Shown: positions 1 to 14,137 of the stretch, piece by piece
Layout of the letters: every line of letters starts with the position of its first letter
Numbering within the stretch: the stretch's first letter is position 1
NCBI RefSeq assembly: GCF_009914755.1
Contig: NC_060930.1
Source of the DNA: the human T2T-CHM13v2.0 reference genome, Homo sapiens
Strand: one strand, 5' to 3'
DNA: 64,000 nt
Made by a program: the position numbers and the translations under genes
Notes under the pieces: generated by a model
Seen by the model: the letters and a program-made list of their open reading frames with translations, nothing else
What the model was told of the DNA's origin: nothing
Database searches by the model: none

Positions 1-560
1 TACCACTACTCTTGTAGGAAACAAAGAGACAGGAGAGGACTCAAAGGTCTTTAATGGCCAAAAGAGGTCAAGCCCTCAGTTTTATATCTCACCCCAGAGA
101 CACATGAGATATTTCCCCCCTGACCAGGATGCCATCCAAGGCTGTTTCTTCTATTTTTTAACTAGACTGGAGAAATAGTCATTATTTTAATAGTGCATTG
201 CACTTAGGTTGCTAAGGTTACCTAGTGACCCTAAGACCTGAAGCCTGAGCAGGTAATCACAGTGGAAAAGACAGCTTGGTTTCCCTTGCCATGGCTGTGA
301 ATAGAGAAATGGCTTTGCCTGCAAAACCTTGCTGTTTTGAGGAGAAAGACATACAGGATAAATGTGTCCTTTAAGGGTGAACATTCGGTGTTTCTGGCTG
401 CATTGCCATGAATGAAAAGCCCTTGGCATTGGGAGGCTCAGCAGATTGTGAGGTGGGACGGTCCCCAACCTTTTCCTTAGTATCGTGCCCAACAGCAGAA
501 GTAACTAGGGGCCAAGCCAGGAACTTCTCTCTGCTCTGCTCCTACTTGCCTTTTAGGTGC

Positions 561-947
561 TGATACGGTTTGGATTTGTGTCTCTGCCCAAATCTCATAT
601 GAAATTGTGATCCCCAGTGTTGGAGGAGAGGCCTGGTAGGAGGTGACTAGATCATGGGGGCAGATTTCCCCCTTGCTGTTCTCATGAGAGTGAGTTTCCA
701 GGAGATCTGGCTGTTTAAAAGTGGGTGGCACCTCCCCCGCTCTCTCTTCCTCCTTCTCTGGCCATGTAAGATGTGCCTGCTTCCCCTCCTCGGTCCACCA
801 TGATTATAAGTTTCCCGAGGCCTCCCCAGCCTTGCTTCCTGCACAGCCTGCAGAACCGTGAGTCAATTATAAATTACCCAGTCTTTGCTTTATAAATTAC
901 CCCGTCTCAGGTAGCTCTTTATAGCAATGCAACAACAGACTAATAGA
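561..947 (+). mobile_element. MaLR solo LTR (MSTA-like)
   Basis: Starts tgatacggtttgg, ends gactaataga; MST/THE1 body; 5-bp TSD GGTGC at 556-560 and 948-952. Confidence 0.92.
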
Positions 948-1749
948 GGTGCATCCCTATCTCAGAATCCCACAGAGTCACTGTGAGGGTCTCAAGGTCA
1001 GAGGAGCTGTGGAGAAAACCCTGTGCTTCCCTCCAAAGGAAAGCCCAGTGAAAAGCTTTTCTAGAACTCCTTTGTAGGCTATTTTATGAAAGTTGATCAA
1101 AAGTTTTCAAGTGTTCACACATCCTTAATTAGTAGCATCTTGGGTACTTCCACCAAGATGCAGGAGGCACCCATGCCCTCAAGAAAAGCAGGCTAGATCT
1201 GGGCATTTTCTTCCTTTATAGAAGGGAGGTTTGAAGAATAATTTTACAATTAGATAACATTAAGGATGATGAAAGCTAGAGAGCGGAAAGCAGCCAGAAT
1301 TAATTACTTACTTGAGGGTCTGCTCAGGCCTCTTTGGCAGTGTTCATGCTGATTTTATTATGGCAAATTAACCCTTGATATTCAACTCCAGGAGAGCTCA
1401 GTACAGCTGCAGACTCCAGGGCCCCTCCAAATGGAGAGTTCTGTTTCTTGAGCTCACCATCCCCCACAAGCTCTTCTCCAGCAATGGCCTCCCCACCAGG
1501 CCACTCCATTTCCTCATCATTTTCATTCTCTTAATTTCATTTGTTTGATCACTAAGTGGACATGATATTTCCAGAAAGAAAACTACTTTGGAAAACATTA
1601 TTGCTGCAACTTCCAGTCCTCTGTCCCTCTTCAGGTCCCTGAAAGTAATTCACGTATGTCTGCCCTATAAGAGATGGATGCTTGTCTGAATAAATAAATA
1701 AATTATGTACAACAATTTAAAATTCCTGCCACTCCTTTATCTAGCACTT

Positions 1750-1860
1750 ATTTAAGCAACATTGATTAAATACCTTACTATGCACAGGGAGCTCTTTTGG
1801 GGTTATGAGGAGTACAAACATGTATAAAATGTGGCTCCTGACATCAAAAACATAGGTAAA
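1750..1860 (-). mobile_element. L2 3' fragment
   Basis: caacattgattaaataccttactatg...gctcctgacatcaa resembles a reverse L2 tail; highly degraded. Confidence 0.5.
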
Positions 1861-2584
1861 GGTAGATATGAGTTAAAAAGTTTATGTATTCTGTTTTAGA
1901 AAATTATGTCATATTTTCATAAAATAGCATAAAACTACTACAGTGAGAATGCTGCTCTCAATATAAATACTTGTGTTTCTTCAAGGTAAAAAGTATTTGG
2001 AAAAACACAGGAAAATAATTACTTCAGTGACCATCTTTTATAGAAAGACTATTTTGGATTAAACTAATCCAAGAAACCAAAAATGTCTGAACAATGCCAG
2101 GACACTAATGAAATTTCTAGCATCCCTGTGAGTTGGATCAGAAGCATCATTATCCGAACTCAAATGTGTAGAAACTGAGATATATGTCATCTACTTTCAA
2201 AAGAAATGTGAAGCTGCTTGAATTAAAAGCAGATACATAATAAAAACATGAGCATTTAGTAGAAAAACAGAGAAGCATGTCAGGAAGTGAACACATATAT
2301 TAAAAACCTAAAATAACATAATTCCTGTGATTAAGTGTTAAATTCAGCACTGAACTAACCCCCATTGTTCAAAGGAAAATTGGAAATATGATAAGAATAC
2401 AATTCCCATTTCATAATGGAAAATCTTATACTCCCTATTTTGGAGACAAAATTTTTCCTTGTACAAGGATCTATGTTTGAATAACATAAGGAATGTAATT
2501 TCAGCAACCATCTTATAAAACGCACAGGAATGTTTTCTATGTGATTGTTCTTACACTGAGTCTGAATAAACATTAAGAAAAAGA

Positions 2585-3060
2585 CAATTCAATAAAAAGA
2601 GGAAAAAGATATGTACAGACATTTCATCAAAAAATATACAAATAATAAGCACACAAAAAGATGTTTAACATCATTAATGATCAAGGAAATGCAAATTTCA
2701 ACTTCAATGAAATAGTGCTTTACACTCATTAGAATGGTTAAAGTTAATGACTGAAATTCCAAGGATTGATGAAGATGTGGAACAACTTGAACTTTCATAT
2801 ATTGTGGGTGGGAATGCAAAATGGTAGAAGAATTTGGGGAAACAGTTTGACAGTTTTTCATAAATATAAATACCCTTACCATATGACAGAGCAATTTCCT
2901 TCCAGGGTATTTATCTAAGAGAAATGAAAATGTAAGTACACACAAAGACCTTTACATAAATGTCATTAGCAGCTTTGTAATAGAGCCCCAATCTGGCCAA
3001 AACCCAAATGTCCACCCACTGTTAAATGGATAAATACATGGTTATAGAACTCTGTAGTAT
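2585..3060 (+). mobile_element. Old L1M ORF2 3' fragment
   Basis: agacatttcatcaa, aaaagatgtttaacatcatta, atatgacagagcaatttcc and aacccaaatgtcc match the end of L1 ORF2. Confidence 0.85.
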
Positions 3061-3069
3061 TCATACATA

Positions 3070-3490
3070 GTTAACAAAACAAAGTTGACTCTCCCATCTT
3101 TGAGTGTACATTCTCATGAAGAAGACAAGTAAGCAAATAAATATAAGAATAGTGGCAAGTAGTAAATAATATTATAAGGAAAAATAAAGATGATCACAAA
3201 TAGAAAGTAAAAGGGTGGGAGAAGGCAAGAGTTGAGATTTTCAGACATTTTAGGGTGGGTTGTCAAATAGCACATGAGTATGTGCTATTTCAGCATAGCA
3301 ATGAAGAAAGGAAAGAAGTAAGCTAAGAAAATGTCTGGGCGTGTCTGGGCAGAGAAAACAGAAAGTTCAAAGACCTCACAGAGGGATGCAATATGGTGTG
3401 TTAGATGACAGAAAGATATTCTGTGTATCCAGACCACACCAAACAAGAAAAAGAGAGTGGAGACAGAGCATGTTGGCTGTGTGAGCCTTG
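3070..3490 (-). mobile_element. L2 fragment
   Basis: Purine-rich reverse L2 signature (tacattctcatgaagaagacaagtaagcaaataa...gttcaaagacc). Confidence 0.6.
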
Positions 3491-4099
3491 GTGAGAAACA
3501 GGTGCCACAAGGAGGGACACAGTCATTTTCTATTTAGTATTTTACGAAGCTTGTCTTCCCAATCTGAGATCAATGGCACTAGAACTGTGATAGCACTTAA
3601 ACATGCAGCACAGTTGCATGCAAATGGCTGTGCGCTCTTTGATCCTCTCTCAGAGGGACAGAGGTCAAAAGCAGTTTCAGCACTACATGTAGAGTTTGTG
3701 ATTAACAATAAGCAACTGGTTAAGAAAATCGGAAAGCAACATATATTTTTGAATCCCCAAGAAAACTTTTAAACCAGCTACCACATCTAAAGCAAGTTGG
3801 AGCTTTGACATAAGATGTACCGTTGCTGTGGCAACATTAACACCACTCCGTCTACTAACTGTCAGAGCAAGGTGTGGACAGAACATGCTTTAGTGATTTT
3901 ACCATCTTCTGATGTAAGGAGGAATCCAGGGAGATGTTATCTCAAGTAATTGTCACTTATTCTTAGGAAAACATTCTCAGAGGAATAGCAGTTCCTAAAT
4001 CAGTCCTTCATCTTCTCTCACGTAAGGAACACTGACTATTTTAAATCCCTAGCCAAGATCTGTGATCTTCCTTCCTTTCTTCTGTGTTTCCTTCCTTCC

Positions 4100-4810
4100 C
4101 TTCAATTATTTATTTCTCAATTATGTATTGACCACCCACTATGTGTTAGAACTATTCTAAATGCCAGAGATATTGTGGTAGATAATGCAGCCAAAACCCC
4201 GGATTCATGAAGCTCACATTCTAATGAGAAAGATAGTTAATAAATATGTGAATAAATAGTATAATATAATATAATATAAACAGAGGTAGTGTTAAGTGCT
4301 ATAAAATAATATTGTATGAGCAGAAAGAGTGAAGATTCATATGGTTTTTTAGAAGGGATAATCAAGGAAGACTGTATGGATTGCAATATAAGTAGAGACC
4401 TGAAGGAATTGAGGGAGTGAGGGTTCCAATATTTGAAAAGGGGGAACAAGCATGAGGAATCTGATGTTGGAATATATTTGGATTATTCAAGGAACTGTGA
4501 GGAGAGAGGAGTGGGGAGAGTGGCAGGGGAGGATATTAGCAAGATTCAGTTTCTGCAGGGCCTTGTCATAGATGGAGAGATGTTGGGTTTTATTTTAAGC
4601 ATGATTATGGGATGCCATTGGAGGATTGGGTTGCTAACTGGGAATGTCAAAATCTTGTAAATATTTAAAAAGTACCACTCTGACTGTGGAGCAAAAAAAA
4701 AAATTGTGTAATATAAATGTTCGTGAGAAAAGTCGAAGCAGAAAAGATTAAGAGGTTACTTCCCTATTCCACGTTAGAGAGGATGATGACTTAGATGAGA
4801 GTGGTTGTCT
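4100..4810 (-). mobile_element. L2 fragment
   Basis: gtattgaccacccactatgtg, catgaagctcacattcta, gagacctgaagga and gggatgccattggagg match the reverse L2 3' region. Confidence 0.8.
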
Positions 4811-4849
4811 TCATACATTATGTAGCATTGGAATTTAGCCTTGAACGAT

Positions 4850-5335
4850 GGTGTGTAAGGATTATATTCATCGGAGGAGAAATGTGATTGCCATGATTAA
4901 GCCATATAAGGAATTAGATTATTTTTCTATGAAAAAAAAAGGCCGGGGAATATGCAGTTCAGAACAAGTGCAGCTGCTCAAAGAAGTCACCAAAAACACG
5001 GGCTCCCTTTTGCTTCCTACAACACTATCCTTAGCATGTGCTCCTCATCCTCTTGGTTGCAAGATGGCAGCTTCACGTCCAGGCATAGCAGCCACATTCC
5101 AGACAGGAAGAAGAAGGAAACATCCAGGAAAAAGGAGCAATGCTTCTATCAGGAAAGCTCTTGCATCTGTTGTATTGGTCTGACTTGGATGACATGACTA
5201 ACCCAGGAGGCAAGAGATTCCAAAGATGGGAATATTTTTAATGAGGCTTATTTCTACCACAAACAAAGTTGGGACTCTATTGGTAATAAAAAAGAGAAAA
5301 TTGCTATTTGGTAAGGAACCAACAGTGTCTACCAT
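4850..5335 (-). mobile_element. Old MLT1 (J/K/L-like) LTR
   Basis: ggttgcaagatggcagc...ccaggcat...cacattccagacaggaagaag motif typical of old MLT1 LTRs. Confidence 0.65.
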
Positions 5336-5654
5336 GAATGGTAGGATTTCCACAGATGAGGAGCACATGGAAGGTGAAATAATTCAAGAGAAAGGGGAGG
5401 CAGAAGACAAGAATGAAGGGTTAAAAACAGTATAGGTATTAAAAAAAAAAAAAAGATGGGATCATGGGATCATCAGAGAAGTCTGTGCCATCCAGCTGGC
5501 TCAGTTTTAGGAGTAGTAACTATTAGATAAATCGAGAACGTTGGTTCAAGTCAGGCCATGAGGGTGCTAAAGGCATTTGGACTTCACGCAACAGGCAAAC
5601 TAACACCACTGCAAATTCAAGAGAATTAAAGAAAATCATTAGACGCCTGCACAA

Positions 5655-5757
5655 TAACAATCTCTAGCCCTCAGGGCCCTAGTAAAGACACACTGAGATA
5701 ATTTGTGCAAAGTGCTTAGCCCAGTTCCTGGCACACAGAGGAATGAATACCATTATT
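5655..5757 (+). mobile_element. MIR 3' fragment
   Basis: tgagataatttgtgcaaagtgcttagcccagttcctggcacacag. Confidence 0.75.
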
Positions 5758-6536
5758 ACATGATACACTAAAACGGAGAAAGACCACAGGTAGGGAGCCC
5801 GGTTAGGAAGCTTTTCCAGAGCACAAAGAGGAACAGAGGGCCAGAAGCAGTCTGGATGAAAGGAAGGTTTTCATCTTACAGCAAACATGTGAGAGCCACT
5901 GGAAAAGTAAAAGAATGAGGCTGCTTCTCACGTATTGGAAGGGAGGGGGAGGAAGCACCTAAGATGTTTGCTGTGATCCATGTTCTAAATGAACACTGAC
6001 ATCGGTGTGGCAGAAAATGTCATTCCATATATTAATTTGTGTTTTATTTTAACCTAGGCAGAAATAAATCAGAGGTATTTTTTCCACTGCTGTACCAAAA
6101 GCTCTTTGTGTTCCGAGCCTAGCCTTTCTGAACTAACAAGGTAGTTAACGTCTTCTTATTGAAAGGCTAAAAACAGAAATTGAAAGTACCCACAAGGAAA
6201 TCTCCCACTCAGGCTGTGATTTGGGGAGTTTAGATCTATTAAGGAAAGCTTGGACTGGGAGTGGAAGGGGATAAAAGGCCAGAAAGAAGATGAGAAAGGT
6301 TTATTTGCCTAAGACTTAGCAAGGTTCTGGTGGCTCCTGGAGGGATGGGTACCTCTGTCCTCCAGAAGCTCAAAAACGAAAGAGTTTTCTTTTGGTTTGA
6401 CACAAAATCAGGAAGAGGAAGGCTGACAAAACTAATAGGTGGGATGCAGAGCAGAGAGACCAGGCAGCAGGGTGGTCTTAGCAAATAGAGGGGGTGCTGA
6501 GGAGGTGTGGGTTAGGGGGCCCCCTCTCTGAGATGA

Positions 6537-6876
<340 letters not shown>

Positions 6877-9204
6877 GGGGGCGTTTATTTAATCCCTGGC
6901 TCCCATGCGACCCAGGGGCAGGCTGGGGCAGGACCCACCACCCCAGCATGTCAGATGCAAAATCCTCAGGCAACGGCGCGTCCGTACTGCCAGATGCTGG
7001 GAGGGGTCACTTCACGTACGTGTTCATCTCACTCCATCTAAACAACGAAACCTCCTTTAGTAACATATTTTGGATGCTTAAGGAGAACCACTGGCCGACA
7101 CATTGTTTGAGAAGTCAAGGAGCCTAACAAAACGGACTGCTGCATTGTAAAGATCTGGTGATTTCTGACCTCCAGCAAAGTTGAGAAATTAACCACTCTA
7201 GCTCCTCACCTTGTGACCTCCCCAAACTTTAAAGATGACAAGTGTGAATGGCAACCCCACATCAGGGGCCTGCAGGTCAGGTCGGCTGCAATAGGCGAAA
7301 ACGGATCCATGTTAGTCCAGATTTAAAACGTCATTTTAAGATTTTATGTTCAGGCCATAAAACAAAACAGATTTATGATAGAAATAAAATACAGCTCCTT
7401 TCCTTAGAGCCTGGTCACAAAAGCCTCCTTTTTTTTTTTTTTTTTCATCCTGAGTACCATACACGTCGTTTGATAAGAAAGTGCGTCAGCCTCCCACCCT
7501 GTGGGGAAAGAGCAATAGCCTGACTGCTGAGCCCTCTTTTTTTCTATTGCGGACGTCTTAATTGGTCCCAAGCTGATTTGGAGAGAAAAAGCCTGGGATT
7601 CCCACCTGGAGAAGGGACTTCCATTATGACTGAAGAGCAGGGAATTACTCCGGGGAGGGGAAATGCCTCCCCCTCACTGCGAGGAAGCTCTCTCCTTTGA
7701 CACATTCACCCAGTGCAAGGAGCCCGTGCTGGAGCAAGACATCTCTCTTGCAAATCAAAGTGTGGAAGCTGCCACCAGCTGCCCCTTCACTTTGCTCAAT
7801 CCGTTTTTGGTTAACTAATTGAATTTCCCTTTTATATTCTCCATGCTTGCTTCAGGCTGGCAGGCAGCGGTGCCACTGGCAGCCCACTTCTACGTATGAA
7901 TTGGCTGCCACACGCGCCACAGTCAGCTACTTCGTGAACTCTCTGTATGCTAGTTCAGAGAGCACTGTTCTGCCATCATCTCACCATGGCACTTCCAAAT
8001 GGTTGGGTATAATTGGGTTCAGAGGAGTTCAAAGCCATGCTCCAGCATCCTTGTATCAAAGCTCATTGAGCAACAGGGGAACCGTGCACTGAAATGCAGG
8101 CATGGGGTGAGGAGAGTTATTAGTGGAATACATTCAAATCTGTCACGCTAGATTCCTGGGTACACAACTGGCTTTTGGTTCAGCCCTTAAGAGTTCAGGT
8201 GTGGTCCCCAGGAGATGGCTCCTATAATCGCTGTAAAAATATCTCATTTGTACTAATGCACTTTGCCTATTTCATAGCGGATCCTTGTGAGACTAATTTA
8301 CATTTTTTTTTAAATGTCAAGGCTTTCTCCAGAGATTGTTCATTCATTATATTTATTTTCTTGGACGTGATTTTAACAAACCTTCCCCTGAAGAGCTTGT
8401 AGCTATTAACTTTACCGAACAGTTGTTCAAGAGAGAGTTAAAGGCAAATGGTCTAAGGGAAAGGATAGGGCCAGCGCACCTCAGGGGTATTCATCTGCCC
8501 CCAAACTCATTCCATTAGTTCTTCCTTCACAGGCCATGAGCAGGAAGAGGGAGAGGAAACGCCTGCTATCCTTCAGTGGGACAGGAGATTCCTGCCAGGG
8601 CTAACCACCACATTCCGGCACATTCTCATTTTAGTGGACCGTACTTTGGGACCTCAAGAACAGAAATCATGTCAAGGGAGTGTTATCAAGGGATTCCGGA
8701 AATGAATGAGGGGAGTATGAATTACTTGGGTGTTAGATGGCTGCATGATCTGTCCTCAGTTAATTAGAGTCTCTTGTCAACTCCACAATTGTAATAGCTC
8801 CAGCCCACACCTTTGGGAATTTCCCTCTTCCCAGAATACACACTGCCCACCTCCAACGTTTAGAATCTGGGACTCTTACAGTTAAAGTGGTCCTAAATGT
8901 CTCCTGAAAAACTCCCTATTCCATGGAGGAATGTCCCCTGTTACACAACTGATTGAGCGGGGGCAAAGAACGGGAGCATCCTTTCTTTGAATGCTCTCCA
9001 CACCTAGAAGTCCACCTTCTCTTAAGGCAGTGGTGTCCCTTCATTTAACAGTCCGAATGATTGTAAGATTCTCCCTTCTGGGAACTGAATTCTACTGCCA
9101 GTGTTATCATCATTTCAGTCTCTCTTTTGGAGTAGTAGACAAGTATTCACTCTTATTCTCACAAAAAATAGCTCCTCCACCAAAAGAAGTACACATTTTA
9201 TGTT

Positions 9205-9657
<453 letters not shown>

Positions 9658-10419
9658 CTAGGCAGGAGTTTTAATCTAGGGTAGGAGCTATACTAAATTC
9701 CACGTTTGCCTTGATTTACTCCCCTCTAGAGATAACGTTTCATGTCCTTAAATGCTTTCCAAATAAAGCATCATGCTTCACCCTCTGGATACATTCTCTA
9801 ACCACGATGCAATTGATACGTGCTGCTGAGAAATGGACACAGATCTTCACATTTGTCTCACTTTTGTTTCTTCTAGCATTTCAGCCTAATCCAGCATTCA
9901 CAGCATTCACATGATTGTGATTTCATTTATGTGAAGGAAAACCTACTGTACCTTGTTCTGAAACAGTAGAGGAAGAAAGGTGTGGCCAGGGTTGAAGAAT
10001 GGTTAGACTTAACTGATACAATCAATCCCCTTTTGACAATATTAGTGAATGGGGTCTAAACTCAGGCGGCAAACAATTTAGGTGAGAGGTCTTTTTGGAA
10101 CACTGTGCAGAGCATACTTCAGACACTGCCGGCTCTGATCCCCCAGGCAATGCTGGCCATACTTGGAAATCACAGCAGTTGTAAGTCTTTTTTCTATGCA
10201 CTTATTTAGAACATGTTTTTATTCATAATTAAGAGTCCTTAAAGCATTTACCGAAGCAATTTCAAAGCAGACTTAGGAAGAAGGGAAATAATACAAGTCA
10301 CAAAATTGTCTGGAGCTCCCCTCTGCTCACCCTCTTTCTGGGGGCAGGACTCACTCTGCACTCAGTCACAGCTGACCTCTCCATCTTTCCTGACTTCAAG
10401 CGGGAGTGGTTCCATTATC

Positions 10420-10775
10420 ACTTCTGAGTGACACTTTCTCTGACCTCAACTAAAGTAGCATGTGTCATCAGCCTCTCTTCCTTACCCTGCTTTTTCCTCC
10501 TCCTCCTCCTCCTCCTCCTCCTCCTCCTCCTCTCCCTACTCCTCCTTCTTTTTTTCTTTTCTCCTCATCCTCCTTCTTCTTCCTCTTTTAGCAATTATAA
10601 GTAACCAAAATTAGATTATTTTGTCTTTATTTATTTATAAATTGTCTTTCTGTTTCAATAGGTCATAAGCTCCAGGAGGCCAGCAACTTTGTTTAGTCCC
10701 TCAATCCTCAATACTCCAAAGAATGCCTTGTATATATCACCATTATGTTGAATGACTGAGTAGATGGATGGATGA
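10420..10775 (+). mobile_element. L2 3' end containing a (CCT)n tract at about 10496-10530
   Basis: ataagctccaggaggccag...tgttgaatgactga L2 terminus. Confidence 0.7.
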
Positions 10776-11404
10776 TGGGGAAATCTGTTAAATGGAGGAA
10801 GAAATACCTGCATTACCCAGTCCCAGACCATAGGTACCTAGATATCCAGTAGCAGTGTATATTTTATGTGTAAGTGAAATATTATTTTGCAACTGCTGTC
10901 CCTTTTAAGATTAGGGAAGATTGCAGCAAACTCTTACTCTAAATTTATGCACAGCGCAATGCCCACTTTAAAATTCCACAAATTTCCAGGGCCGCCTCTG
11001 GCTCTGAGCTCCTTCTTCTTCCACTGAGTCAGTGTGTGTGGTGGATGGATAATCTCATGTTTTTTCTTCAGGGTACATCTATTCAGCCCTGGAGTTCAAG
11101 TTTCCCTAATTTTCACAGAAAACTACTCACATGCAGTGCTATGGAGAGGTTTGAGAAGACAGGCAAAAAAAGTCCAGCTGCTCAATTTCCCTGCCATGTG
11201 GCTAAGCTCTCATCTCCTCTCTCCCTTCTCTCCATTTCCCATTTTACCTCTCTTTCCTGCCTTCTCAGGGGCAAAGGAATGAATTCTGCTTTCTGACGCA
11301 GAACAATCAGGCAGTTTCCCCATCTGCCTCCCAACTTAACTCTAGTCCTATCTTCCTATATGGAAAGAATAGTCAAAGGCTCGAATCTTCACCCTCATCA
11401 TCAC

Positions 11405-12015
11405 AGCAGCAGGCAGAATTCTACAGAAGCCCTCCTCCAAGATTCCTGTCTTCTGGTTATTCAGTCAAACACTAATGAAGGCTCTGCTGGGAAGAGGTTT
11501 TGAAGATGTAGTTAAAGCACAAATCAGTTGACCTTAAGATTCAGAGATTATCTGAGTGGGCCTGACTCCAACAGGTGTGTCCCTTAGAATCAGAGCATTT
11601 TCTCTGGCTACCAGCAGGTGAGGAAGTCAAAGAAGTTCAAAGCACAAGGGAGATTGAACACACCATTGCTGACTTGAAGATGGACCAGCCCACGAGAAGG
11701 AATGCAGTGGCCTTGAGATGATGGAAGCCTCCAGCTCATAGCAGGCAAGGAAACAAGGGTGTCAGCCCTACGGCTGCAGGGAACTAAAGTTGGCCAACAA
11801 CCTGAATGAGCTAAGAAGCAGATTCTTCCCGAGAGCCTCCAGATAAGAACCCAGCCTAGCCAACACCTTGATGTTGGCCTTGAGAGACCCAGAGCAGAGA
11901 ATCTAGGTGAGCTGTGCCAGATGTGTGACCCACAGAACTGTGAGTAATACATTTGTGTTGCTTTAAGCTGCCACAGTTGTGGTAATTTCTTACACAGCAA
12001 TAGAAAACTAATACA
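11405..12015 (+). mobile_element. MaLR LTR (MLT1E-like)
   Basis: gcaggcagaattct start; aatcagttgaccttaagat; ends gcaatagaaaactaataca. Confidence 0.9.
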
Positions 12016-12032
12016 AGTACCATCATTTTCAT

Positions 12033-12245
12033 CACTTAGCATGTCCCAGGCCCTGTGCTAAGCACTTTACATGATTATCTCATCTAATCCTGGCACCAAC
12101 CACTACTTGGATAATACAAATATCCTTATTTTAAAGGCCACAGAGGTGTTTAGTGCGAAGTCTAGATGTATATATAGTAAGTGGTAGAACCATAATTCAA
12201 ATCCAGACAGCATGTGCCCAGAGCCAGTGCCCTTAACCAGTATGT
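12033..12245 (-). mobile_element. MIR
   Basis: ccaggccctgtgctaagcactttacatgattatctcatctaatcct...cccttaacca. Confidence 0.85.
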
Positions 12246-13657
12246 TTTTCTGCCTCCTTCAATTACCATGTGTCAGGTCCCACCCTGTGGTTTTTACACA
12301 AAACTCTTCCTCCTCAGATCCTAACTGGGTATATTTCTTTCTTCTAATTACCTAACTGGATCATGACTTTTCCCAGGTGAACTCCTGCCTAGTTCCTCAT
12401 CCCCCAAGAGCTATGTCCACGATGAACTAGAAAAAATGTTAAAATGTCTGGGTAAGGATAACGGCACTTAAGAAGTGATGGATCTTTCCATGCATCACTC
12501 AAAGCCTGGCTTTCACCTTCTGCTGTATCACCAGGGAGGATCTAATCATAGGAATCTGGACATCCTGCCAATTTCAAGCAAATTCGGATCATGAGTTCAA
12601 ATGCCAGAGAAGTCATTAGAGACTTTGTTTTTGTTTTCAAATCGCAGACCTGTCCTCGGGTTGTGATGCTCACACAGTGAAACTAAAAGGGATGCATGGC
12701 CATACCCACATCTTGAGAGAGAGAGGGAGAAGGAGAGAGAGTGTGTGTGTATGCATATGCACTCATGTGTGTGTGTTTAATAAGCAAACACTATTGCTTC
12801 CTAAAAGCTTTCTGCATCTTGGTTTTTACAAATCACACATGCTCTTTTCATGCTGGGCTTTGACATCTAAATCTGGAGCTACCCAGAAAGGCAAGTCCTG
12901 AAGGGCATTTTAAAAGCACATGCTGCACTATCCCTTGAGAGTAATAAGTCCCTCAGCTTTTAAACAGTAAGAACCCCAAATATAAAGATTACTCCCTGGA
13001 AAATATGCAAGATGTTTCAGCATTATTTTCCAGCATGCAAGTCTATAGCAGCATTTTTCACTGAGAAATTTTTAGTAGTAAAAATAAAATACCCTTGTGA
13101 CTTTAGACATTCCCCACCCTTCCTTGATTCAAGCAAAGTCAACAAATCACACAGCTTCTTGGAAGCAGGATAACCCTCTGAGCAGAGAAAGGGCAAATGC
13201 AAACAGATTTGGGCTAGGACAGTAATTTGGTAAATGCAACCCTAGCCCATCCCCACCCTTATCATGCTTCCCATCAGGGTAGATCTAGGGCTAATTTCTT
13301 CCAGAAGTAGTGCTTATGAAACAGGGAAAAGCTTTGTTTTGTTTTGTTTTTTTACTTTGGTAGAATTACAACAAAATCCCATTACCTTACAAACATTCCA
13401 GACTGACGTGAGCTGTCTCAGCAGGTTCACTGCTCCAAATTTAGATCTGATTCTCAAGAATTTTATAAGTCCCATAATGGAGGGGAAAATCCTTTTTTTG
13501 GAGGGGAGCTTATTTCAGTTACACCTAATAAAAAATATCCAGCAATGATTGGGACAGCAGTTGATACCATCCCAGGTGTAGGTATGAGTGAGGGATTGCA
13601 GGAATGGTGCTAGGTAGAGATCACAGGGTCAAAAAAGTATGGCAAGGAAAGGTTTAT

Positions 13658-13857
13658 GGCAGAAGTCAAGGAAGGGAAGAAGCTCGCTATGGGTTTCCAA
13701 ACCCAGACTACAGCTGAATTTTTTTTTTATAACCCCAACTATGAAGGAGTGGCAGAAATCAAGGAAGGGAAGAAGCTTGCTATGGGTTTCTCTAGTTCGG
13801 ATTTCCAAACCCAGACTACAGCTGAATTTTTTTTTATAACCCCAACTATGAAGGAGT
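13658..13857. repeat. Two-copy tandem duplication (93 + 107 bp)
   Basis: 13658-13750 and 13751-13857 are near-identical. Confidence 0.95.
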
Positions 13858-13894
13858 ATAGCTTGTCTTAGAATTGTGTATATGTCACATGGAG

Positions 13895-14137
13895 GAAAGT
13901 ACATAATAATGTTAAAAGCAGAACTGTGATATCAGTGAAAGCTGGGTTCAAATTTTGGCTTCACCAAACTATGTCAATTGGCACAAATAATTTAGCTTTT
14001 ATGCATCTGCCTTTCTTTTGCTGTATCTTGAAGATAAGAGTGTTACAAGACCAGAATGCAATAATGTAGATAATATAATGCTTGGCATGGTTGTTGCATG
14101 TAGAATATGCTGAAAAAATACTGGCTATTATTATTAT
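13895..14137 (+). mobile_element. MIR
   Basis: ctgggttcaaattttggcttcacca...ctggctattattattat. Confidence 0.75.

Noticed and set aside
13658-13857. CRISPR-like array (also considered for 60444-60548)
   Set aside because: Simple tandem copies without unique spacers, in eukaryotic DNA with no cas genes
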